Part shown: positions 17,101 to 26,150 of the stretch, one piece after another | Position numbering within the stretch: the first letter of the stretch is position 1 | Layout: the number at the start of each line of letters is the position of its first letter | DNA from: Candidatus Electronema halotolerans | GTDB lineage: Bacteria > Desulfobacterota > Desulfobulbia > Desulfobulbales > Desulfobulbaceae | Direction: 5' to 3' | Assembly: GCA_942493095.1 (NCBI GenBank) | Contig: OW818675.1 | Span: 1,830,001-1,862,000, forward strand | DNA: 32,000 bases | Translations under genes and position numbers: made by a program | The notes under the pieces: generated by a model | Told to the model about the DNA's origin: nothing | Databases searched by the model: none | The model's input: only the letters and a program-made list of their open reading frames with translations

Positions 17101-20100
17101 CCGCCGTCACCGCTGTAGCCTGATGACCCTGTTCCCGCTACAGTGGTGATGACGCCGCTGGAATTAACCTTGCGGATGCGATCATGTACGGGGTCGGCGA
17201 TAAAAAAATTGCCAGCCTGATCGACTATTACTCCGGCTGCCCTGATTTTAGCTTGAACAGCAGGAATGTTGTCACCTGTAGAGCTGCCGCCACCCGCCAC
17301 AGTGTTGATGATGCCATTTGTATCCACCTTGCGGATGCTGTCATTGTAGTATCCAATCACATTGACAATAAAGATATTGCCGATTTCATCCACTGCCACT
17401 TCATAAGGTTCATCAAGCTCGGCATCAATAGCTGGGCCGCCATCACCGCCGGAGCCTTCAGTGCCGTTGCCTGCCACAGTGGTGATAATGCCGTTTGTAT
17501 CCACTTTACGGATGCGGTTGTTTCCGGTATCAGCAATAAAAATGTTGCCGAGCTGATCAACTACTACATCATCTGGGTAAGAAATATTGGCCTCAATGGC
17601 TGGAATGTTGTCACCGTTGTAGCCGGAAGAGCCGGTACCGACCACAGTGGTGATGATGCCGTTTTTATCTACCTTTCTGATACGATGGTTATTTCTATCG
17701 GCAATCAAGATATTGCCAAGCGTATCCACTGCCACATCGTCAGGATAATAAAGTTTGGCCTCGGCAGCCGGAATGTCGTCGCCGTTGTAACCGGAAGAGC
17801 CGGTGCCTGCCAGTGTTGTTATGATACTGGAGTTCTTGTTTTCCAGAATGGAGCCATTTCCTTTGTACAGGTGCGCGGCTCGTCTTCCAAAAACATGATG
17901 ATCAGACAGGCTCCAGCCTTCAGCGATATTACCCGCAGCCTTTCCTGCACCAACCTGAAGTTCAAAACGCTGCCACGAAATAACCTCCTGCCGTGCCCGG
18001 ATGCCGGTAACATCACTCCCGGCCTGCGCAAAGGCATTGGAAAAATTCCCGGCTGTCAAGTAAACAGCTTCATAGACAAAGCCGATAGCTACATCAGCAT
18101 CCACAGTTCCTGCTTCCCGGCCCAGATAATCCAAACCATCCCAAGTAAATTGGGCCTGCTGGTTTGGCAACGGTTCCAAAGTCTGGGTCAGCGTGCGCCC
18201 GGCAAGCTTCACCTCCACAATGATGCTCTTCAGACTGTCCGGCACCGTGTCGCTGCTGGCCGGAACCGTGATCACCTGCTTGTAGTCGTCCACCCGATTA
18301 GAGGCGTAATGCAGGGTCATGCCAGTGCCGGGAATCGGAATATCTTCATGAAAGACCCGTCCCCGTTTTTTGACGTAGGAGTTGATGCAGTCGATGTCAT
18401 CTGGATTTTTACCATCGGTTGTTTCAGCTCCTTCCGCATCAGGCGTACCCTTACCATTCGGCGGGATTGCATCCTCCTTCGGGCCATACGGCCAGTTACA
18501 ATCCCACGGCGTGAAATGGGTGATTGCTGCCCGCCAGAAGGTCTTTCCCGGCGCATAGCGGCTCGCATCTTCCAAGCCGATCACTTCATCAGCAAAGGAA
18601 CCATCACTGTTCAAATCATTCGGCAGGTCGTCTTTGTCTGAATCCAGAGCATCTACAACGCCGTCGCCGTCCACATCCAAGAGCTTGACCACAAGGCCGT
18701 TCTCAGACGGCACCCAGACCCCGCGATCCCGGTCGTAATAGCCCACGGGCACGGCCTCGCCGACTTCAAAGCCGAGGAAGTTGTCCACCCAGACAGTAAC
18801 CGGCTTGTCAAAGCGCACCCGTGCCGCACCATCCACCGAAAGCTCTGAACAGTAGGTGTAGGCGGAATTCGGCGGCAAAACCGCAGGCATGGACTCCTGC
18901 GTCTTGAACTCCGTGGCTCTGGCCGTAATGTTCGGCAATTCCTGAATATCATTGCCCTGCTCATCAACCAGATGGGCCATGTTGTCGCCCTGAAAAACTA
19001 TGGTCGCAGAGCGGCTGCCGAATTCGTCCGTAACCGGCGTGCTTACATGCGTGACCACTGTTGCAGGATTGCCGTCAAAAGTGACTTGCGTGGCCGCTGA
19101 ATCTTCAACCAGCATCTGCACCGTTTCAGCAACAGCAATATCATTCCACGGCACATATATTTGACGATGCGCGGTGATATACCCGGCCCGTTTGTAGGCA
19201 ATGGTCATGGTGCCGCCGCCTTCTGCGGGAAGGGTGAATCTGCCGTCCGCAGCGGTCTTTACAGTGCCGTATTCAGGATGCCCATGCACCGTGACGCGCA
19301 CATCCTCTAACGGCGCATCTTGCAGATCATGCACCATGCCAGTGATCAGCGAAAACCGCTTGGCATCGTATTCATCAATCGTCGCATCGTCCGGCACAAG
19401 GTCTTCATACTGCTCACCAAACGAGCCTTCCGGCTGCGCTTCCGGGCTGTTCGTCACTTGCACTGTCACCTGCGCGCTGACCGTGCCCTTGCCCCCTGAA
19501 CCGGTGATGGTGTAGGTTGTTGTGTTTTCTGGACTAACACTGCGGGAATCATTTGCCGCGACCACACCAATGCCGTTGTCAATGCTGATATTTTCAACGT
19601 TGCGGCTCTGCCAGGACAGCTCGGTGGATTCACCGGCGGCAATGGTCTCCGAGACGGCAGAGATGGTGATTGAAGCAGGCACCACGTCAACTGTGGCAGT
19701 GTCCGAGGCCGTGCCGCCCGCACCAGTGGCGGTGATTGTATAGGTGGTGGTCGCTGTGGGAGAAACGCTTTTTGTGCCGTTCAGATCAACCGTACCAATC
19801 CCGTTGTCTATGCTGACCGTATCGGCATTTGTACTGGTCCAAGTCAGGGCCGAGCTGTCTCCTTCGACGATGGAGGCCGGATCAGCGGTCAGAGAAACCG
19901 TGGGCGGCTGGAGCACAGTGATTGTGACGCTGTCCGTCACAGCGCCTTTTGCTCCTGTGGCAGTGGCCGTATAGATTGTGGTCGCTGTCGGCTTTACAGA
20001 CATGGAGCCGTTCAGATCAACCGCACCAATGCCGTTGTCAATACTGACTGTTTCCGCGTTCTTGCTGGTCCATGTCAGCGTTGCTGTTCCACCCAATTTG

Positions 20101-20261
20101 ATCGCAGCCGGTTCTGCGCTCAAAGACACCTTGGGCGAGGAAGCTGTTCGTATCATCATGAACATGCGCAGCAGGGAGCTGTCCGTCTTGTCAGCCCATG
20201 CTGAGGGCAGCAGGAAACAGCACAACATCGCGGCAAGAGACAGCAGGATTGTTTTCTTCAC
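13848..20261 (-). CDS. Giant secreted Rhs/YD-repeat protein (2137 aa) with Ig-like and NHL repeats
   Basis: GTG start with signal peptide MKKTILLSLAAMLCCFLLPSAWA; Ig-like repeats; carboxypeptidase-regulatory-like segment; NHL-like repeats; many YD repeats (YDSNGNMTALTNP, YSYDEEDHL); Rhs core end YYLGYDQVGSLRTVADATGNVVKEISYDSFG...GFRDYDPAIGRWVAKDPIFFAGGDVDLYGYVVGDPVGLVDPEG. Confidence 0.95.
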   Translation of the reverse strand: MKKTILLSLAAMLCCFLLPSAWADKTDSSLLRMFMMIRTASSPKVSLSAEPAAIKLGGTATLTWTSKNAETVSIDNGIGAVDLNGSMSVKPTATTIYTATATGAKGAVTDSVTITVLQPPTVSLTADPASIVEGDSSALTWTSTNADTVSIDNGIGTVDLNGTKSVSPTATTTYTITATGAGGTASDTATVDVVPASITISAVSETIAAGESTELSWQSRNVENISIDNGIGVVAANDSRSVSPENTTTYTITGSGGKGTVSAQVTVQVTNSPEAQPEGSFGEQYEDLVPDDATIDEYDAKRFSLITGMVHDLQDAPLEDVRVTVHGHPEYGTVKTAADGRFTLPAEGGGTMTIAYKRAGYITAHRQIYVPWNDIAVAETVQMLVEDSAATQVTFDGNPATVVTHVSTPVTDEFGSRSATIVFQGDNMAHLVDEQGNDIQELPNITARATEFKTQESMPAVLPPNSAYTYCSELSVDGAARVRFDKPVTVWVDNFLGFEVGEAVPVGYYDRDRGVWVPSENGLVVKLLDVDGDGVVDALDSDKDDLPNDLNSDGSFADEVIGLEDASRYAPGKTFWRAAITHFTPWDCNWPYGPKEDAIPPNGKGTPDAEGAETTDGKNPDDIDCINSYVKKRGRVFHEDIPIPGTGMTLHYASNRVDDYKQVITVPASSDTVPDSLKSIIVEVKLAGRTLTQTLEPLPNQQAQFTWDGLDYLGREAGTVDADVAIGFVYEAVYLTAGNFSNAFAQAGSDVTGIRARQEVISWQRFELQVGAGKAAGNIAEGWSLSDHHVFGRRAAHLYKGNGSILENKNSSIITTLAGTGSSGYNGDDIPAAEAKLYYPDDVAVDTLGNILIADRNNHRIRKVDKNGIITTVVGTGSSGYNGDNIPAIEANISYPDDVVVDQLGNIFIADTGNNRIRKVDTNGIITTVAGNGTEGSGGDGGPAIDAELDEPYEVAVDEIGNIFIVNVIGYYNDSIRKVDTNGIINTVAGGGSSTGDNIPAVQAKIRAAGVIVDQAGNFFIADPVHDRIRKVNSSGVITTVAGTGSSGYSGDGGPAIEARLNSPTDVALDQAGNLFICDEYNSRIRKIDPNGIITTVAGNGSSSYAGDGGPALEASLDDPIEVAVDQLGNIFMAEYDHHRIRKVEFAAAVFKSDLLAAGDIPFADSNGLGYIMSAAGLHKKTIDLDSGLVLQEFGYDSDNNLLSITDQFGNVTTIERDANGTTTAIVSPDGLRTELHINAEKQLAKIVYPDSSAYNFTYSPDSLMTVETEPNGNRFEHHFDANGKIVEVLDEEGGQWQYSRQRLANGEVQIDSLTAEGNRTTNLDNTASTGAFSTTTIDPSGNESTFSRSADGLSETRELSCGMTSWTDYGLDAEYKYKVAHGTGTQSPAGLTKVAQVDKTYQDTNTDEIPDLITETVSRDGRITTLVHNTLTAEKTVTTPEGRTVTAAYDPATLLTTSVEIPGLSPTNYAYDSKGRLTSVTTDTRTAAFSYDAQGFLASQTDPEGRSTSYSHDAVGRVTAITRPDTTTVQFSYDSNGNMTALTNPSATNHLFAYNKVNRQNAYQTPISGSYSYVYDKDRRLKRTDFPSGAQISNIYTDNLLTQTQTPEGNIDYTYLCSSKVGSISKGGESISYSYDGSLLTSESKSGTLNQTLTFSYNNDFNLSAITYAGSTENLSYDDDGLLISSGVYSISRNAANGLPEQVSGNALNRSRTFNGYGELTAENSTVNAQPVNGWSVTRNKNGRILSKTETVNGSAVDYAYTYDDMGRLLTVKKGGILVEEYQYGLNGSRTHEMNSLKGVSGRDYSYSEEDHLLSAGDVSYEFDKDGFLTKKTQGAEVTAYNYSSRGELLQVTLPDGKSIEYLHDPLGRRIAKKVNGTIVEKYLWLGLTKLMAVYDGSDNLLMRFEYADGRMPAAMTASGATYYLGYDQVGSLRTVADATGNVVKEISYDSFGTILSDSNPALAVPFGFAGGLHDRDTGLVKFGFRDYDPAIGRWVAKDPIFFAGGDVDLYGYVVGDPVGLVDPEGKLWSWAATGAGAVIGGLGGASYGLGSQVISAIQGNGFHAENIIGAAAGGAVVGAVTGAVVGAVTGDPSAILIGGSVSTTIGAAVLGGVLGGATEQSINGEWKQTSPCDGN
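16835..17825 (-). repeat. About six tandem NHL-like repeats within the Rhs gene (unit roughly 160-170 bp)
   Basis: Recurring GYNGDDIPA.EAKL..P.DVAVD..GNI.IAD...NRIRKVDTNGIITTVAG.G units. Confidence 0.85.
19452..20132 (-). repeat. Three tandem Ig-like repeats (about 75 aa each) at the Rhs protein N-terminus
   Basis: Repeated LTWTSxNAxTVSIDNGIGxVDLNGxxSVxPTATTxYTxTATG. Confidence 0.88.
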
Positions 20262-20395
20262 AAGAGTCCTCAGCTATTATCTGAAAAATGAACAAAAAAG
20301 CTTGTAGCACATTTGAGCAAGAATGTCAACTCTTATGGACAAGAAAATGACTGTAGGGGCCCATGAATTGCCCTTGCAATGGCAGCCCGGTGTTT

Positions 20396-22270
20396 TCACG
20401 TTATTCCAACATGTTGTACCTGTGTCAGGCCGCGCACGGAATTTGCCAGATAGATTGCCGCCGCTGCCTGCCGCACATCCTCAACGGTCAGAATGCGCTC
20501 CACTGCCCTGCCCTGCTCCAGCAGCATGCGCCGGTAGGTTCCTGCCAGCAGGCCGCTGGCAACTGGCGGCGTGCAAAGAAGGTCTTCGCCCCTGTTTTTG
20601 ATGAAAAGATTGGAGATTGCCCCTTCTGTGACCTGCCCGGCAGTGTTGGTAAACAGCACCTCATGGCAGCCTTGGGCAAGAGCGGCCCTGCGCTCCTGCT
20701 CATAAAGATGCCGCCGGGTGGTTTTGTGGAACAGATGCGGATTGCTTGGGTCAACCTGCTGCTGCGAGAAGAGCACCTTTGGCAGCTCGGCTGATGGCTG
20801 CTCTGCCGGGATTGGAGTCGCGGTCAGGCTCAGTTCGCCGTCCCGATGCAGAAGCAGCCGCACCCGGAGCAGCTCCTTTGCCTGCGCCACTGCTCCTGCC
20901 AAGCGGGAACGAATTTCTTGCACATCACAGGAAAAATGAAAATAGCGGGCTGAGTCTGACAAGCGTTCCAGATGATATTCCAGCAGAAAGAAGCCGCTGT
21001 CCGGCTGCCAGAGCATGGTTTCAATGAGCTGGAAATCCGGCTCGCTGACAGTGAGAAAATTGCCCTTGAGCAGACATTCGGCCCATTCCTCCTCCGGCTG
21101 AGAATCCGCAACAATACCGGAACCAATCCCCATCCTCCCGCTGTCGTTGTCCAGCTCCAGCGTGCGGATCGGCACATTGAAACAGCTTGCCGCTTGACTG
21201 GCATAGCCAATGGCCCCGCAATACACACCCCGCTGCTGCCGTTCCAATTGGTGAATGATCTCCATCGTCTTGATTTTCGGCGCGCCCGTGACTGAGCCGC
21301 AAGGAAACAAAGCTCCAATAAGCTGCTGAAACGATGGTTTGCCGCAGGCCGGAAGGCCGTCAATGGTCGAGGTCATTTGCAGCAGGGATTCGTAGCACTC
21401 GACAGCAAAGAGGCTGTGGGGCGCGACTGTGCCGCCGCCGGTCTTGTGCAGCAAACAGGCGAGATCATTGCGGAGCAGATCAACGATCATCACGTTCTCA
21501 CTCCGGTTTTTCGCATCAGTATGAAGCCGCTCCTGCTGGGCCTTGTCTTCGGCATTGGTGCGGCCCCGGCGCAGGGTGCCTTTCATGGGCCGCACCCGCA
21601 CTTTGGCCGCATCAGCGCGGAAGAACAGCTCCGGGGAAAAGCTGAGGATGTCCCTGCCCTGCTGGCGGATCCAGGCGCTGTAGCAGACTGACTGATTGCG
21701 GCGCAGGGCGCAGTACAAGGCCGCGATGGAACCGTGCAGGGTGAAATCAACGTGCAGGGTGAAATTGACCTGATAGGTGTCTCCGGCCCGGATATGCTCC
21801 TGAATGGCGGCAATGGCTTGGAGATATTCCTCCTTGCTGATGCTGGTGCGCAGGTCGGCGCAGGTGAAGTCTTCCGCGACCGCCTCCTGTCCGTCATCCG
21901 GCCCTGCGCCGTTGCTCCACTGGTCGGTCTGATGATCAAAGATCAGCGGCTCCTGATAGACTCCCAGCGCGGCCAGCGGCCTGCTGCTGTCAACGAGACA
22001 GGGACGCAGGCGCGGCTCCAGCAGATAGGCGAATTCATAGCCTATCCAACCGGCGAGAAAAGCTCCTTGCTCCTGAAGCTGATCAGCTTGGCGGAGAAAG
22101 GCGGCAGCATCATCGTCAGGCCAGCATTGCAGCCAGTGGCGCGGCTTGAGAAAGAGGAGGGAATGATGATTCTCGGCAGTCACTCTGGAACTTTCCAGAA
22201 AAACAAAGTCATCCTGCCGGGCCAGCCAAGAACTGAGACGGACGATGTCGGCATTACTGAAAGGCTTCAT
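20396..22270 (-). CDS. pabB: Aminodeoxychorismate synthase component I fused to class IV aminotransferase / 4-amino-4-deoxychorismate lyase
   Basis: 624 aa; PabB motifs MRPMKGTLRRGR, SENVMIVDLLRNDL, LFPCGSVTGAPKIKTMEII, YCGAIGY; PabC-like GCHEVLFTNTAGQVTEGAISNLF and YLANSVRG. Confidence 0.93.
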   Translation of the reverse strand: MKPFSNADIVRLSSWLARQDDFVFLESSRVTAENHHSLLFLKPRHWLQCWPDDDAAAFLRQADQLQEQGAFLAGWIGYEFAYLLEPRLRPCLVDSSRPLAALGVYQEPLIFDHQTDQWSNGAGPDDGQEAVAEDFTCADLRTSISKEEYLQAIAAIQEHIRAGDTYQVNFTLHVDFTLHGSIAALYCALRRNQSVCYSAWIRQQGRDILSFSPELFFRADAAKVRVRPMKGTLRRGRTNAEDKAQQERLHTDAKNRSENVMIVDLLRNDLACLLHKTGGGTVAPHSLFAVECYESLLQMTSTIDGLPACGKPSFQQLIGALFPCGSVTGAPKIKTMEIIHQLERQQRGVYCGAIGYASQAASCFNVPIRTLELDNDSGRMGIGSGIVADSQPEEEWAECLLKGNFLTVSEPDFQLIETMLWQPDSGFFLLEYHLERLSDSARYFHFSCDVQEIRSRLAGAVAQAKELLRVRLLLHRDGELSLTATPIPAEQPSAELPKVLFSQQQVDPSNPHLFHKTTRRHLYEQERRAALAQGCHEVLFTNTAGQVTEGAISNLFIKNRGEDLLCTPPVASGLLAGTYRRMLLEQGRAVERILTVEDVRQAAAAIYLANSVRGLTQVQHVGIT

Positions 22271-22335
22271 GGAGGGAGAGGAGAAGATGTTTGAGCTTCT
22301 GCTGCGTCAGGGCGGACACAGCAGAAGGTGATGAC

Positions 22336-23655
22336 TCAGGCTGTCGGCTGCTCTTCGGCCCAAGTTGGTCGTTTGACAAACTGGACCATGATTGCTCCGA
22401 CAACCAGCAGGGCGGCGGAAAGATAAAAGGCGTAATCCAAGCTGCCGGTCAGGTCTTTGATGATCCCGCCCAGTTTGGCCATGAAAAAGCCCATGCCCCA
22501 GCCAAGAAAGACTAATCCGTAGTTGATGCCCAGATTCTTGGCCCCGTAAAAGTCGCCGGTGAAGAGCGGCATCAGGGACAGGCCGCCGCCGTACTGCCAG
22601 TAGGCATTGCCCACAACAATGAAGAGGAGGAGAATGTTCTGCGACTGGATGGCCATTGGCACCAAGAGCAGGCAGAGAGCTGAGATCACGCAGTTCAGGG
22701 TGTAGGAATGCGCCCGCCCGATTTTGTCGGAATACCAGCCCGTGCCAATCCGCCCGGAGGCGTTGATCAAGCCGCCGTAGGCCACGAGCAGCCAGGCGTT
22801 CTCGGCAAAGAAGGGAATCTTCCCGCCAGCGTTTTTCAGCATGCCAGCGGCATTGGCAATGATCAGCATGCCGGACTGGGTGGTGAGGATGAACATGAAG
22901 ACCAAGGCGTAGAACTGCCATGTTTTCAGCATTTCCTTGGCTGACCAGTCATGCTGGGTGGCTGCGCTGGCAATCTTGCTTGTCCGGGCGCATTTCGGCG
23001 CAGGCGGCACATAGGAGCCGTCCGGGTACACCTCGTTCGGGGTTTTCAGGAGCTGTCCGGCAATGACCACCACCGTGGCGAAGAAGAGGCCAAGAAAGAT
23101 GAAGCTCTTGGAGATGCCGTAGTTGTTGATCAGGTATTCGGCCAGCGGGCTGATGTACAGGGCTGCGCCGCCATAACCGCCCACCACCAGTCCGGCGATC
23201 AATCCCCGACGATGCGGGCCGAACCATTTCAGAGCTGCGGGCGTGGGCGCGGCATAACCAATGCCCATACCCATGCCGCCCAAGATGCCGAAACCGATGA
23301 TCAGGCCGAGGTAGCTCTGCATCAGTCCGGCAATGATGCAGCCGGAGGCGAGAAAGAGGCCGCCAATGGTTGCGCCGAACTTGGGGCTGATTTTGTCCTG
23401 AATCCGTCCGCCGGGAATCATGAGCAGGGCGAACATGACCATGCAGATGGAAAAGGGCGTGGCCGCCTGAGCATTGGTCAGATAGGTCCAGCCCTGATTC
23501 AGGCCGGTCATGGGCTGGCCTGCCTTGTCAACATTGGTCAGGGCTGCTGACCACATGCTCCACGCATAAAGTATGCCAAGACATAAATTGACCGCCACCC
23601 CGGCAAAGGTGGTGATCCATGCCTGAAGAGGCTCTTTTTCACAGTGCGCTGCCAT
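22336..23655 (-). CDS. MFS transporter, OFA (oxalate/formate antiporter-like) type
   Basis: MAAHCEKEPLQAWITTFAGVAVNLCLGILYAWSMWSAAL, GGRIQDKISPKFGATIGGLFLASGCIIAG, GYAAPTPAALKWFGPHRRGLIAGLVVGGYG. ATG at 23655 with GGAG RBS preferred over the track start 23745. Confidence 0.88.
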   Translation of the reverse strand: MAAHCEKEPLQAWITTFAGVAVNLCLGILYAWSMWSAALTNVDKAGQPMTGLNQGWTYLTNAQAATPFSICMVMFALLMIPGGRIQDKISPKFGATIGGLFLASGCIIAGLMQSYLGLIIGFGILGGMGMGIGYAAPTPAALKWFGPHRRGLIAGLVVGGYGGAALYISPLAEYLINNYGISKSFIFLGLFFATVVVIAGQLLKTPNEVYPDGSYVPPAPKCARTSKIASAATQHDWSAKEMLKTWQFYALVFMFILTTQSGMLIIANAAGMLKNAGGKIPFFAENAWLLVAYGGLINASGRIGTGWYSDKIGRAHSYTLNCVISALCLLLVPMAIQSQNILLLFIVVGNAYWQYGGGLSLMPLFTGDFYGAKNLGINYGLVFLGWGMGFFMAKLGGIIKDLTGSLDYAFYLSAALLVVGAIMVQFVKRPTWAEEQPTA

Positions 23656-23848
23656 GATTTCTCCTTTTTTTGGTCTGGAACCGCCCGCAGTTCTGCCGAC
23701 GGCGTATATGGCACGTACTGTAGCACAAGCGAAGCAGGGGCGCAATTACGGAGAACAGCTGTCTTTTTGCAGGAGCTTAATCTTCTTGAAGCATGACGGC
23801 TCAGAACAGTGCCTATCCCTGCTTTCTTGAACATGGTACAATAGCCGC

Positions 23849-24652
23849 ATGAACAGCCGCCGACCATCCACCGCTCCTCTTGCCGAGCGGATGCGCCCGC
23901 GCTCGCTGGCTGACTTTGTCGGCCAAGAGCATTTGGTCAGCCAAGGCCGACTCCTGCACGAGCTGATCCGCAGCGGCAGGCTGCCATCCCTGCTTCTCTG
24001 GGGGCCGCCTGGGTCCGGCAAAACCACCCTTGCCAATATCCTCGCCAGCAGTGTGCAGGCTGAGTTTGTCTTTTTCTCCGCCGTGCTCTCCGGGGTCAAG
24101 GAAATCAGACGGATTGTTCAGCAGGCCGAGGCCCGGCAGACGCAGACGGCCACCGTCCTTTTTGTTGATGAAATCCACCGCTTCAGCAAGAGCCAGCAGG
24201 ATGCCTTTCTCCCCCATGTCGAAAGCGGCCTGCTGACCCTGATCGGCGCGACCACGGAAAATCCCTCCTTTGCAGTCATTGCCCCGCTTCTGTCCCGCTG
24301 TCAGGTGCTGCTGCTCAAGCCGCTGCTTCCTGAGCATATCCAGCAGATTTTGGGCCGCGCTCTGAGCGATGCCGGACACGGGCTTGGCAGCCAAGAACTT
24401 GCCGCAGATGAGCAGGCCCTTGCTCTGCTTGCCCGCACTGCGGACGGCGACTGCCGCCGCGCCCTCAACTGCTTGGAAACAGCAGCGGCTCTGGCGCAAA
24501 AAAAAGGCGGCGGCCTGATCAGCAGGGAGCTGGCTAACGAAGTTCTGCAAGAGCGGACACTGCGTTACGACAAAAACGGCGAGGAGCATTACAACCTGAT
24601 CTCGGCCCTGCACAAAAGCCTGCGCGACAGTGACCCGGACGGGGCCTGCTAA
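23849..24652 (+). pseudogene. rarA: Replication-associated recombination protein A, N-terminal part, interrupted
   Basis: [87 protein letters not shown]; ends prematurely at DPDGAC*. Confidence 0.93.
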
Positions 24653-24659
24653 CTGGCTG

Positions 24660-25547
24660 GGTGATGGTGAACTGTGAGTGATCAATTAAACAAAAGATTA
24701 TTATTATAATCTTGAATGAACCTCCAGACAGATGCAGTTAAATTTTCGATGCTTCTCGAAAATGAAATGGTCTTTCTGACAAGTGCAGATAATCTTTGTC
24801 TGAATGTCAAATTGAGCCTTTCGATATGACTTGTTTTTCCGCTTCCTTTGCTGACAATTCTATGCCTTTCAGCTGGAAACACGCTCGAATAAGCGGCGAG
24901 TCCATCCGTAAAAAATATTCCGTTCTTTTTGCAATCCTCAGAAAGGGAGTCCCACAAGGCGGCTGCTCCTGCATTATCTCTTTTTCCAACATGATATCCG
25001 ACAATAAGCTTTGTTCTTCTCTCGACAGCAAGCCATATCCAAATATCATTTTTCTTGTCACCAACGAAAGTCCACATTTCATCGGCTTCGATGAAGATTT
25101 TTCCGTTGCGGGACATATTGAAAGCCTCTTTTTTGACTTCATTTCGTTTTTTTTTAACATATTCCTGAAGCCATCTTTTTGAGATGGAAACGGCTCTCGC
25201 AATCCCAGCCAAGGAGATTCTTTCAACAAGAAGCTTATCAACTATGCGCCATTCAGCATCAGATATTGTTTTGTTCTGAGGATTCTCAACGAATTGACGT
25301 GAGCAGTCCTTACATAAAAATTTCTTTTTCCCATTCGCATTGGAGCCATTTTTCACAATGACTGATGAACCACATCTTGGGCATTGCACAGCTTTCTTCT
25401 CCATGTTTGTTTTTTTCATAATGACGGCTTGACATGCGCATCCGACGAAGAGCCGATGGGACAGAGAGCATCCCTTGCCGCCAGTATATTATATTTTTCA
25501 GCAATTTCAACATATTTTCAACCTATCACTCACGATTCACCATTACC
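24660..25547 (-). mobile_element. IS1-family-like insertion sequence (888 bp)
   Basis: Termini GGTGATGGTGAACTGTGAGTGAT and (reverse complement) GGTAATGGTGAATCGTGAGTGAT; 8-bp direct repeats ACTGGCTG at 24652-24659 and 25548-25555; encodes an IS1-like transposase. Confidence 0.93.
24682..25419 (-). CDS. IS1-like transposase (245 aa)
   Basis: N-terminal zinc-finger CPRCGSSVIVKNGSNANGKKKFLCKDCSRQF, then EADEMWTFVGDKKNDIWIWLAVERRTKLIVGYHVGKRD...FFTDGLAAY...SHIERLNLTFRQRLSALVRKTISFS. Confidence 0.92.
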   Translation of the reverse strand: MKKTNMEKKAVQCPRCGSSVIVKNGSNANGKKKFLCKDCSRQFVENPQNKTISDAEWRIVDKLLVERISLAGIARAVSISKRWLQEYVKKKRNEVKKEAFNMSRNGKIFIEADEMWTFVGDKKNDIWIWLAVERRTKLIVGYHVGKRDNAGAAALWDSLSEDCKKNGIFFTDGLAAYSSVFPAERHRIVSKGSGKTSHIERLNLTFRQRLSALVRKTISFSRSIENLTASVWRFIQDYNNNLLFN

Positions 25548-25549
25548 AC

Positions 25550-26059
25550 TGGCTGGGCCGGATGCTGGCAGGCGGCGAAGACCCGCTCTACATTGCCCGC
25601 CGCCTGATCCGCTTTGCCAGTGAGGACGTGGGCATCAGCGACCCCAGAGCCTTGGAGGTGGCCCTGAGCTGCCGTCAAGCCTGTCACCTGCTCGGTTCAC
25701 CGGAAGGCGAGCTGGCTCTGTATCAGGCCGCAGTGTATCTTGCCACTGCGCCCAAGAGCAATGCCCTCTATGTCACGGAAAAGACTGTGAAGGAGGAAAT
25801 CCGGCGGAGCGGCTCGCTGCCAGTGCCGCTCCATCTCCGCAATGCGCCGACCAAGCTGATGCGGGACTGCGGCTATGGCAGAGGCTACGAGTATGCGCAC
25901 GATCAGGCGGATGCGCTGACTGCGCAGGAGCATCTGCCAGAGGAGCTGGCCGGGAAAAGGTTTTACCAGCCTTCTGAGCGCGGCTATGAGGCGGTGGTTC
26001 GGGAGCGGCTCCTCAAATGGCGGGAGATTCTCCGGCAGCGGCGCACAAAAAAGCAGTGA
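25550..26059 (+). pseudogene. rarA: rarA C-terminal part, separated by the IS
   Basis: WLGRMLAGGEDPLYIARRLIRFASEDVGISDPRALEVALSCRQA...LAPKSNALYV-like (ATAPKSNALYV)...PVPLHLRNAPTKLMRDCGYGRGYEYAHD. Confidence 0.93.
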
Positions 26060-26150
26060 CCAGACAGGACGGATTGCAAAAATGTCTCTATTTATCTTGC
26101 GAAAATTCCCACGATGTGGCATTATCAATGCTCGATTGCCGTAACTCCTT

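Noticed and set aside
17184-18641. 485-aa plus-strand ORF in the track
   Set aside because: Lies antisense to the well-supported Rhs gene; its repetitiveness simply mirrors the NHL repeats and no family motif is visible.
20353-20384. tgtaggggcccatgaattgcccttgcaat near the Rhs promoter as a relative of the 42-nt palindrome
   Set aside because: Shares only gtaggg and catgaat-like words; symmetry is poor, so similarity is too weak to claim without a genome search.
23813-24685. 290-aa minus-strand ORF
   Set aside because: Antisense to the rarA N-terminal part and crosses the IS boundary; not a plausible gene.
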